Source: Hydrurus foetidus
Lineage: Eukaryota
Direction of reading: 5' to 3'
DNA length: 64,000 nucleotides
Assembly: GCA_900617105.1 (NCBI GenBank)
Contig: UYFQ01000437.1
Location: forward strand, 1 to 64,000
Position 1 is the stretch's first letter. Every line of letters starts with the position of its first letter. The notes beneath the pieces were generated by a model, which had not been told where the DNA came from, did no database searches, and was given only the letters and a program-made list of their open reading frames with translations. The translations under genes and the position numbers were made by a program. Of this stretch, positions 42,603 through 53,599 are shown one piece after another.

Positions 42603-44280
42603 TCATTTCTTGCCGCTACTAGTGGAAATATTATTGTGCTGACTATCAGAGCTAATAACTTCTCGATTGCCATGCAGGTCACTCTTCTTGTCTCCATGGT
42701 TATGGTTGGAGGAGACGCTGTGTCGAGTCACAGCTGTGAGAGTCGTGTCACTCTCATCAGCCACAGCATCACCTCCTATTTTCTTTCCAAGAAACACAAC
42801 CGTGTGACTTCCACCGCATCGAATCCTCTCGACAGCATAATTAGGAGAGATGAGGTACTTGTTCACACGAACAGGGACGAGGATGTTGTGGCTTGAGTCG
42901 AAGCTACAGCTGTGTCTGACCTGCATCCTCTCACCCGTATCCACCTCGTCATACATGACACCCTCAGGCACTAATTTTGATGCTATATTATCAGGCCTTG
43001 GAGGCATTGCGAATGGTGGATCTCCCTCTCCTAAGACGGGCATATCAGCTGGAGGGGGTATTCCGAGCCAGCCCCCGTCCCCCTGACCCCACATGTACAG
43101 ACTCCCACTAGCCGTGACTGCAGCACTCCATCCAGATCCACAGGCTATCTGCACGACTTTAGAACCTGCCCCTCTGCTGGTGAAGAATCCGATCCTCTTT
43201 GGGGTCACTAGATTCTCAAGAGAGCCTGTGTGTCCCTGCAGTTAGGAAGACAGAAGACATTTGACACAAGAGTTAATATGGAGATCTACATTGTGACTAA
43301 TCGCCATGTCTGCAACGCACTCACCAATTGTCCATCGGATCCACATCCCCATGAATGGACGCTGCAATCGTGTGCGAGTGCTAGCATGTGGAAGTCGCCT
43401 GAGGCTAAAGAGTGTACTGGTAAATTACGAAAATATCGCACTTCGACAGGAACGTTCTGTGTTTTTTTTGAGGCAGCGCTGCTACTAGCACTGCTATCTC
43501 TTTCGGTACCGAGCCTGCCGAAGCTAGTCGCTCCAAAAGTGTACACTTTGCCATCGGTCGAAAGTATTGCGCTGTGATAGCAGGTAGAAGACATGTAAAT
43601 AAAACTACGTCGAGTTGTCACGGACTTCAAAACATCGACACAGTATGATATTTGTACCTGTGATTTCTGCCGCATACTAATGACGTCACTTTTACTCCTG
43701 ACATCGTCTCTGGATCGAGGGGCCTCGGCTCTGTCACACTCTCAGGTTGCTTGCTGCCCAAACCACATTGTCCCTGCTTATTCAACCCCCAGGTGAAAAC
43801 TCTTCCACTATCAGTTACAACTCCACTATGGGAACCGCCACAAGCGACCTGAATGACTGTGCTCGATAGTCTGTTTGGCTCTAGTGCCTGGATCAGCTTT
43901 GCATTATCGTAACTACTGTCATCACCATGACCAAGCTGTCCGAAATATCCAACACCCCAGGAAAGAACATGTCCACCCTCCATGAGAGCTAAAACATGCT
44001 TCTTCCCGCAACTAATTTGCATGCAATTCAAAGGATAGGATATCTTCAATGGAGCCAAGATGGGGTAGTTTATCCCATTGACAGTACCGCACACAGATAC
44101 TCTGCCGGCAATATCTAACGCGACAGTAAACTTAGATCCACACTGCACATCTACCACAGTATCATGATCCAGTGTATTATCTTTTGATATTGCGAAAGGA
44201 AAATGACTGTACGGATGATCTCTCCGCATATCTGCTATACCTAGCTGGCCAAATGTGTTCTCCCCAAAACATATTATCAT
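42603..44280 (-). CDS. RCC1-repeat (beta-propeller) protein, 3 exons
   Basis: Repeated WGxxxxGQLG and ACGxxHS motifs. Exons 44280-43658, 43571-43325, 43235-42603; 3' end uncertain. Confidence 0.85.
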
Positions 44281-44546
44281 CTAATCCTCTAATAAAAAAC
44301 CTTGATTATCAGCAAAAGCTGATCTGATATTAGTGCCTCACAGAACACTTCCGAAAAAGGCAACTGAGGTCTGAAACATCGTAGCTGTGAGAGCATTATG
44401 TCTGAAATATCACAGAAACTCTCAGCATTTTTGTCAGTGTAACAAATCATTTGAAATACGATGATTTATTGTGGAGGGCAAAGGCGTTGGAGTTTCGTTC
44501 TGTGGTGAACTGCTCTTTGTAGTGTGTAGGACCGTTCGGTCATTGT

Positions 44547-44707
<161 letters not shown>

Positions 44708-45124
44708 TGCACTATAAACTATAATGGTGCGTTAAAATGCGCATGAGAAATGTTTCATGCGTGTTACACCACTCGTTCATTAATGTTCTGTTTTCTTCCT
44801 TCTAGAGAAGCGTACATAGGTGGCAATGTAAGCTTCGTGGCTGGCAAACAGGGATGTCAGTCACAAGTTAAATTATCGACTGATTAGAAAACGATACATA
44901 TCTACTTCTGTACTTACGTACGTACGTGCTGCATAACGTACATGTATGTGCTTGTGACTACATTTGCAACTATATTAACGTATAGATCGGATGCTTCATA
45001 ATCGGATCTTTATAATTCGGTTCTTGGACACCGAGTGCGAATCGGTTACCTTTATGATGAATTTTTGAACTTTATGAAGTCATCCGATTATGAAGACGCA
45101 GATCATCACACTAGATTATCAGCA

Positions 45125-46622
45125 ATGATTCCCCACCGCAAGATGGATATGAGGCCACTATTCACGGGAACGATAAACGTCTCCGATAAAATTTTACGAT
45201 AATAGTAATTTCGTACCGAGACAATAAAACAGAGGCGTTTTTCGTACCGAGGGCGCAGCCCGAGGTTCGAAAAGAGCCGAGGTTTCATGGTCGAGCGTAC
45301 GAACGTTACTTTATCCACCGTGAGACCGATGCTCACAGCGGTACGAAAAGGTAGACTGACACTCACAGCGGTCAATAATTATTTTTTCATACCGCTGTGA
45401 CCTTCGGTCTACCTTTTCGTGTCTACCTTTTCGTACCAGCGGTACGAAAAACTCAAAATGTTAGGGGGGCCGATACCCGTATAAGAGTCTTTATCGGGCT
45501 CCAGGTGGATAAAATATTTTATTACCGATAAAATATTTTATCTTAAAATTTTATCGGAGACGTTTATCGTTCCCGTGAATTGTGGCCTGAGGTCGTTCTT
45601 CAGTACCGTGAAGAAGAAACATCATCTAGCAAATTTAGCTGTTCAAGATTACAGAGACGAAATCAAAGCGAATGCGGAGGCTCAGCAGAGGAACATGCGA
45701 CAAGCAGAAATCGAGGAGACCCGGGAGTCAAATAGAACAGCTGCCAGGAAGAGAAGAAATGATGCGAATATTTCCGAGATTGCTGAGGATCTGAGAACAG
45801 ATGCAGAAAAAATCCAAGACGATATCGACGGGCTGGTTGAGGATGCTGATGACGTTCGGCTAATTGAAAAGAAGAAACAGAGGAAACTATGGTAGATGAG
45901 ACCTCCCAATTGGAAAGACATCGCATACGATGCAACAGTATACGGGAACGATTCCACTCTACGAAGTTATTCGAGTGAGTTTAATGGAGTGTCATCCACC
46001 GCTACTTACCAACGACTGAATACATGGAAGAAGGATCTCAAAAGCGAGATAGTTTCAACAGTGCAGAAATCAAGGGTGCCTGTATACGGAGCTGAAATAG
46101 ACGCTCTGTTACTAGCCGATTTTCATACGACTAGGAGTGTTGGGTTGTCTGTAGATGATGAGAATTTACGACGTCAATTGGTGATCCATCTCATCGCAGC
46201 TGGAAAGCAAGGACTTCTGAAGGAAGAAGGTGGACAACACACCTTCGGACATCCGTGGGCAACTAGGTTCATCGACGACACGGCCTCGTTCTCACGAATC
46301 TGTACGACAAAAATGCGGGAAATACCGGCAGATTTCGAAGAAAAGAAAGAAAAGTACTTGAAGATTGGAGCCCAGCTAATATTCCGATACCAGGTTCCTC
46401 CACAACTGGTTATAAATGGCGATGAGACTGCAGTAATGTTGGTGAAGCCAGAGTAACGCGAAATACAGCTGGGGCGAAACGTGTCCGTATACTAGGCATG
46501 GGCGAGGATAAGGCTCAAATAACAGCTACTATATTCGTGACTGAAGCAGGTGATGTCCTACCGTATCAAATGATCTTTCAAGGCAAAACGGACAGATGTC
46601 ACCCCTCAAAGGAGAAGAAACC
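45125..46622 (+). pseudogene. pogo/DDE_1-type (Tc1/mariner superfamily) transposase, N-terminal part
   Basis: Removing the MITE restores MIPHRKMDMRSFFST...; motifs VINGDET, KAQIT, LPYQMIFQGKT..CHP. Stop at 45893 and frameshifts near 46270 and 46447. Confidence 0.8.
45153..45587. mobile_element. 435-bp Harbinger/Tourist-like MITE
   Basis: ~44-bp TIRs GGCCACWATTCACGGGAACGATAAACGTCTCCGATAAAATTTTA, 3-bp TGA TSD (45150-45152 and 45588-45590), internal inverted and direct repeats. Confidence 0.92.
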
Positions 46623-47090
46623 TGTGATTCAAGATCTTCAAAGGAGGACTTCAAGATCTTCACGGATTCCCGATTGCTATATCGGTTGCCAGCTCTAAGC
46701 CGTCTCGACGCCAGCTGAAGAACAGAAGTCAATACCTGTTTGAAGCAACATAGGTATCCCCTATCTGAATTGCAAAAGACTTCGCGGGCGATCATCAACA
46801 GGACTTCAAGCCTGTTTCAAGACTCAAAGCAGCAACGCCTGCTCCTTTGGATTGGCCAACAGGAACCTGTTTGGTGAGCCGAAGACCGGATCTCAAGTGC
46901 CATTAGTCGAAGACCTTTGATTATTTTTCATCTGCTTTAATTGCCTAACCCAATCGATCAGACACCTGTCCAACCGATACGGCACGAGGCAAACCTCTTG
47001 CAAAATTTTTTTCAAGAGGGAAAGATCTTAGAGGAATTTACCTAAGAAGCGCTCCGGTCAAAGCAGCCTGCTTAGCAGCTCTTCAGAAGG

Positions 47091-50000
47091 ATGACACCAG
47101 AGCAGCCACTTCCAACGCCCTCCCCTCCTCCAGAACCGGAATTATCAGAGGAGGAGATCAGGAGGTTTGCGGAAACAGGGAATACGGAACCTCCAAGCCC
47201 GGTTAATGAACTCAACCTCTCATTAACATCACGGGGAGGAGAGACCCAGAACTCCCTGGCTTCATCAATAACCAAAGCTCTTTCTTTCAACAAGAAACTC
47301 TTTGTGTTACAGAACACTCTCATCAGCTCGGATCAAGCTGAGAGGTTTCTCGCGCAGGCCGTCACCATGGGCGATTCAATCGACATCCAACAGACGATGA
47401 CAGAGGCGGCCATGGACACACTGGACATGAAAATCCGGTGCGATCCGTCCCTAAAGGTCCTCAACAAGTCGGAGGTTTCCCTGTGGAGGACAAGACTGTC
47501 GCACCTTCAAATCGCTCGTCTTGTCAGCCAGTACTTTGGCAAGCGACACGATGAGAAGAAGACCCTGGCCGAGGTGTTCTCCAAAGTCAAGTTCCAGTAC
47601 TGCATCGATAATGAAGATCATGAGATACTGATGATGGCGGATTACAAGGAGGTCATCAAGGGGTACACCCGTACGGTGGGGAGATCACTGAGGAACAACA
47701 GAGGGACCTCATCAAGATCTTCGAGAAGCGTGTCGCGGCGGAAGAGTCCCAGATCCGCCACGACTACTTCGACATGAAGAAGGCAGACAAGGTCGAGAGG
47801 ATGGTGGCGTTCGTGTCGAACCCCAACAACCCTCAGACTGAAGACACCTGGTTGACATGCGTCTACAGGTTCTGCAAGACACTCGCAGTCGCACGCCAGG
47901 CGTTATTCAAGGTGGCTCAGTACGGCGATACCTCTATCGTCCACACCTTCCCACCCACTAGCGTCAAGTCCACGGCATCAGCGGTAGGATGGTCTGGTCC
48001 CAGCAACTCCGCTGCGTCAGCCTCCTCTCGTTCGACGTCGGACCTAGTGCAACAAAGGAGCGAGCGCCGAGCGTACAGCACGGATCCGACTGAATGCCAG
48101 TGCTGCGGTTTCGCAACACACCGGGTTGCGGACTGCCCCTTCAAGGGCCTTCATGACACGAACAACCAGTACCACGTGTTATGGGGGAGTCTGCGATGGG
48201 AAAGGCATGGATGGCTGAGGGTCATGACACCTTCGTAGAGCACCTGTATCTACCAGGATGGGAACTTCGTCGGAAGAAACGCGCGGAGGAGTCCTCAGAG
48301 GATGCGGATACATCCAAGCGAGTCCGTTACAACAGTGAGTCTGAGGACGACCGTCCCGCGCGAGACCGACGCACGCTGCAGGAGCGGGAGAGAGACGACC
48401 GCGATCTGAACGAACGCAAAGCACGCGAGCGACGCGCAGACCGTGGCCGTTCTTCCAACCGCGAACGCAGTCGTGACAGAGACGATGACCGCCGAGACAG
48501 TCGTAAGTACGACAACAAGAAGGGCGGCGGACAGGGGTCACGCCACAACAGGGCCAGGGGCAGCTCCCAGCCTAGGAGCAGTTCCCAACCAAGATCCAAC
48601 AAAGGAAGTAAGTCTCTAGCTGCTGTAGACTCTGTCCATGCACTCGCGCCTGCATCTGACATTGTTGCTGCCATACAGCCGCTTACTGCGTTACCTGCAC
48701 TTTCAGTTGTCTTACCCATCCCCGTACGTACGGACCTTGTACCCTCGGATGTGCAACCGCCCATCTCGACTAACCCGACTGATTACTTGTCTTGTAATAT
48801 CTTTGCTGTACAGCGTAAAGACACGCAGGACGCGGTGATGGGACATTCGAAACAAGTCGAGGGGATGCGCTGCTGGACACAGGAAGCTTTCCGGGGAACT
48901 TCATTTCGCGTGACTGCTTAGTCAGAATGAATGCACTGCAGTACATTTACACCTCACCTGTTCCCATGACTGTATGCAGTGGCCTGGATCGCACCTGCTA
49001 TCTGAGTGTCAATGTTGTAGACATAGGCATCATTTTTCAATCACACGATGATATTATACACACGGTGTACTTTACGGTTAACGTTAACCCAGACCAAGAA
49101 ATCGATTTAATTGTGGGTCGGACAACCCTAGCGCTAAATAATTTTAACATTTTGACACCATCCGCTTTGGGTTTCAAAGCACCGTCCGCACCACAACCGC
49201 CACCTTTGGCAGCTAAAAAGCCCGTCTCGGCAAACCGGATAAGCCCCCTAAGGACTACTCCCGTAAGACGGCCAAGGCGAAACCGCTATCCTTTAAGGTG
49301 ATTGCTTCGACACCAGCTGTCGCTGACGCGGAGACGTTGCCAGCACGTACTCCTGAGAAGTTGAACCCCTCACAGCGCAAGAAAGCAGCAAAGGAGAGAG
49401 CGAAACTCGCGGAGAAAATGAAGGCTAAGTATGGTCCCCACCATCTACCATAGACCATGTAGTTGCATCTTTGGTACCCGTCACCGACACTCAGCAGACT
49501 ATATGCTCGCCAGATTGTAAGTGTGCAGCCCACAACGGTCTTGCTAACCGCCCGGCTCGTGGCAACGAGGGTCGTCAGCTTCCAGGCAACGTAGTTGCTG
49601 CCTTGGCTGTACGTACGGACGATACACCGCGTCCGGGTGTCGACCTCCCTCACACCCCTTCGCACACACCACTTATAACAAGCGAAGATATTCTCCACCC
49701 TGTCTGCGTTAAGCCCAGTGGTATCATAGTCTCCGTTGATGAGATTGATAATGAGAAAGTCGACACTTTCGGTGCCTTCTTCAGCGACAACAAGGACCTT
49801 CATAGAGGGGAGGACGACACCAAAGCTTTCTTAGAACAATTTGTGTTCGCGGGTAGTGAGACCCAAGTACACAGATTAAAAGATCTTGTCATGGAATACC
49901 GAGACATCTTCAGCGATGTACTCGCAGAAAGAGCCGCGGACCTAACACCGTTCCGGTTTAATGTGGAGGAACCCCTGTGGGAGACCCCAGGGAACAGGAC

Positions 50001-51945
50001 CCCATGCCGACCCCAGTCGGTCAAGAACAACATCGAGATAGAGAAAGCTATCAAGACGATGCTTGCAGATGGCGTTATTGAGAAATCAAACGCATCTTAT
50101 TACAGTCACCCAGTGATTGTACAGAAGACAGAAGACAAAGTGCGGGTTTGCATCGATTACAGGAACCTCAACGATTGCATCAAGCCCGCCAGCTGGCCCC
50201 TCCCCAACATCCGTGGGCTCTTCGAAAGAATTGGTCACAACAAACCGACGGTGTTTGGAGTCATGGACCTGACGGCGGGATACCATCAGGCCCCACTATA
50301 CCCACCGCACCGTGTGTTCACGGCATTCCTGTGCTTTTGCGGGCTATACCAATTTACCCGGCTACCGTTTGGACCTAAACGGGCCCCTCCTACTTCCAGG
50401 AGCAAATGGTCACCAAAGTCCTTCAAGGATTACTGTACGTCTCCTGCGAGATGTACTTGGACGACTGCATAGTGTATGCATCAGATGAAGATCAGTTCCT
50501 CACCAGACTGAAGGAGGTATTCCAGCGCTTCCGAGAGCGCGGCCTTCTTCTGAAGGCTAAAAATGCAAATTTGGACTGCCCCAAATAGAGTATGTCGGGC
50601 GAGTCATCTCTAAAGATGGACTGTCTATGTCCATGGTCAAGATTAAATCGGTACTCAACTTTGAGAAACCGCGGAACCTTCACGCCCTAAGATCCCTATT
50701 GGGACTGGCGAACTATTTCCGGGGATTTGTACCAAATCACTCCCTAATAGTAAAGCCGCTTCAAGATATGATTGACCACAAGGGCAAGAAGAACTCACCA
50801 CTGGTGTGGACACAAGGAAGTTCCGACGCGTTCCAGGCTATCCGTAAGGCTATATCGCATTGCCCGCTGATGCATTTCCTGGACGACAGTGACGCACCTA
50901 TACGGCTGTATACGGACGCCTCCGACTACGGTATAGGCGGCGTACTATTCCAGATCGTTGACGACATTTGGCGACCGATATCCTTCGTCAGCAAGTCTTT
51001 CAACGCCACACAATCTCGTTGGTCAACGATACAGAAGGAGGCATACGCAATCTTCCATTGCTGCCAGCAGATGGACACTCTCCTCCGCGACCGGGTGTTC
51101 ACTATACACACAGATCACCTGAATCTGACGTATATGACCAACAACCCCAACTCGATGGTCACCCGCTGGTCCATAGCGATGCAGGAACTCGACTTCAAGA
51201 TTCACTTCGTGCCAGGCTCCCAGAACAAATGGGCTGACACACTGTCACGCCTGTGTCCCAACCTTATGGAACTCGCCATGGATTACACCCCTAGGGTCAT
51301 GGACGCCCCAGGTTTTATAGTCGCAGCACTGACAACATGCCCATTAGCTTCGGAAGAAGAACAGGAGTGGATGGAACAGGCCCACAACTTCCGCGTCGGT
51401 CATGGCGGCGTAGACCGAACGATGCATAAGCTGGGTCTCATGGGCCGTTCTTGGCCGTACATGCGCAACCATGTCCGGATGTTCGTACGGTATTGTCCGT
51501 GCTGCCAGAAGATGAGTGCGGTACGCATCCCCATCAACGTACATAAGTTTACGACGGCAGGCGAGGTACTATTCGATGTCCTCAACATCGACTTCATCGG
51601 TCCATTCCCCGACGGCACACACGTGCTAGTCATAGTGGACTCATTTTCAAGATGGACAGAGCTGTTCCACTGCAAGGACAGCACGGCAGAGTCGGCATGC
51701 CGCTGTCTCTTGGAACACTTCGGTCGTTTCGGTTCTCCCAACCTGATACGCTCCGATCGCGGACCACACTTCGCCAACGAACTCATAGAGAAATTTCTCT
51801 TGGCGGTTGGAACACCGCACAACCTCACACTAGCCTATTCGAAGGAGGAGAACTCCATCGTGGAGCGGGTCAACAAGGAGGTTAATCGCCACTTGCGCTC
51901 GTTTGTGTTCGAGACACTCGAGATGGATCAATACAAGCTTTGCCT
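47091..51945 (+). pseudogene. Element A gag-pol, frameshifted, 5' part
   Basis: Overlapping ORFs 47091, 47774, 48181, 48927, 49471, 50406 and 50627 carry Gag, PR, RT, RH and INT motifs in Gypsy order. Confidence 0.88.
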
Positions 51946-52207
51946 TGTGGTCTTGGGCGGGGCCTAGGACGTTAGAGCTAAAAGTGGTGGACGGTTGATG
52001 CAAGCGGTGGGCAAGGGAAGCAAGGATAGGTGGAATAAACTTGTGTTAGTATTTTACAGTTGAGTATCTACAAGTGATGTGTACGCTAAAGTGCATTCAC
52101 GTCATATGTGGAACTAAGACCTAAAAGTGGAATCTGGGCGTAATATACCTATTGTACCTAGTTAACCTAGACACATTGTATCCCCTTAGGAATGCAATAA
52201 GGCTACA
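51946..52207 (-). repeat. Element B 3' LTR
   Basis: Matches 56659-56920; adjacent to the PPT. Confidence 0.96.
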
Positions 52208-52406
52208 CTACCCCTTCTTCCTTTTTTGAAGATCTTTGATATGATATACAAAAAAATGAAAAAAAAGAAAAGATATGTAAAACATATATATGAGATATAG
52301 ATGAAACGATGATGTCAGACTTTTACTGACTAAACTCTCCAAAAAAGACCCGTAGGTAAAAAAAATAGGAGAGAATCCTCATGGATAAAGTTTCAAATAT
52401 ATTAAG

Positions 52407-53588
52407 TCATCTATGTTGCTTATTGATTAATTTAGTCATGTTATTATGACGTAAATAATCATGAAGTTTATCAACATCACGAAGACTTGAATAAGGTTCC
52501 CAAGTGTTTTTGTCTGAAGGGTAATTTAACCATTTGACTAAAAACTCTATGTGGGTACGTTGGTGTTTGCCACGATGATCAAGAATGTCTTCAACAAAGT
52601 ATTCCATGTGATCACGTCGTGCAACATCCAACGGATTTGTGATTGAAGGGTCAAATAGAAAAGGTTTCATTGCAGAAACATGAAACTCTGAAGTTTTCTG
52701 AGTGACTAGATCATAAAGTGTGTAACGCGAATTTTCGCCACTAACGACTTTTAATGGGCCTCTCCAATGCGTGTGAAGACGTGAAGGAGGAGTTCCATCG
52801 CGATAGTGCACTAAGACATAAGAGTCTTTTGGATACTCTACATGCTGAAAAATTTGAGACTGACTTTGATGAAGCAAATCTGTGCGAAGAAGTTCTTTAG
52901 CAGAAGCTTTAAGAAGACTGTCTTGCGTTTTGAGTAGATTGCTCATACGCTTTGACAAAGGTTTGTCATCAGTAACATTTCGCTCAGCAGGAGGTAAAAA
53001 AATACCTCTATCGAGTTTGAGTACATTTCCGAAAAGAAGTTGAGAAGATGATATTTTTAAACGGTCACTGTGATTAGAATTTAAGATTCGTTGCACAAAT
53101 GGAAGTGACGTTTTATAATCTTCTAATGTGACATTATCGAATGTTAATGCACGAAGATGTCTATTTACTTCTTTATTCATGCGCTCAACAATAGCATTTT
53201 CTTCTTTAGAGTATGCTAAAGTAAGACAGTGTTGAGTGCCAATAAGAGTTAGAAACTCTCTAATAACTTCGGAAATGAAGTGTGGCCCATTATCAGAACG
53301 GAGTTGGAGAGGTGCGCCGAAACGACCGAAGTGTTGCAAGAGGCATTTAGCTGTTGAAAGTGCTGTAGCATCTTCTGTATGAAACAGTTCAACCCATCTT
53401 GTGAACGTATCGATAATTACGAGTACGTACCCGCCGTCTGGAAACGGTCCTATGAAGTCTATGTTAAGGCATTCCATAGGTGTGTAAGTAGAAGTCGAGA
53501 AGCTATGAGCATGTATTGGTATCTTTAACATACTCATTTTCTGACAACACGAACAGTGATCTATGAACCACCTGACATGCTGACGCAT
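52407..53588 (-). CDS. Element B integrase + chromodomain (N-terminus deleted)
   Basis: CxxC, IDFIGP, SDNGPHF, ERMN, HWRGP (GPY/F module), FLVKWLNY...TWEP chromodomain. Confidence 0.9.
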   Translation of the reverse strand: MRQHVRWFIDHCSCCQKMSMLKIPIHAHSFSTSTYTPMECLNIDFIGPFPDGGYVLVIIDTFTRWVELFHTEDATALSTAKCLLQHFGRFGAPLQLRSDNGPHFISEVIREFLTLIGTQHCLTLAYSKEENAIVERMNKEVNRHLRALTFDNVTLEDYKTSLPFVQRILNSNHSDRLKISSSQLLFGNVLKLDRGIFLPPAERNVTDDKPLSKRMSNLLKTQDSLLKASAKELLRTDLLHQSQSQIFQHVEYPKDSYVLVHYRDGTPPSRLHTHWRGPLKVVSGENSRYTLYDLVTQKTSEFHVSAMKPFLFDPSITNPLDVARRDHMEYFVEDILDHRGKHQRTHIEFLVKWLNYPSDKNTWEPYSSLRDVDKLHDYLRHNNMTKLINKQHR

Positions 53589-53599
53589 ATATTGCCATA

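Noticed and set aside
47690..50570. Programmed frameshifting in elements A and C
   Set aside because: The shifts fall inside gag, PR and RT, often at homopolymers, and are absent from B; decay or sequencing indels explain them better.
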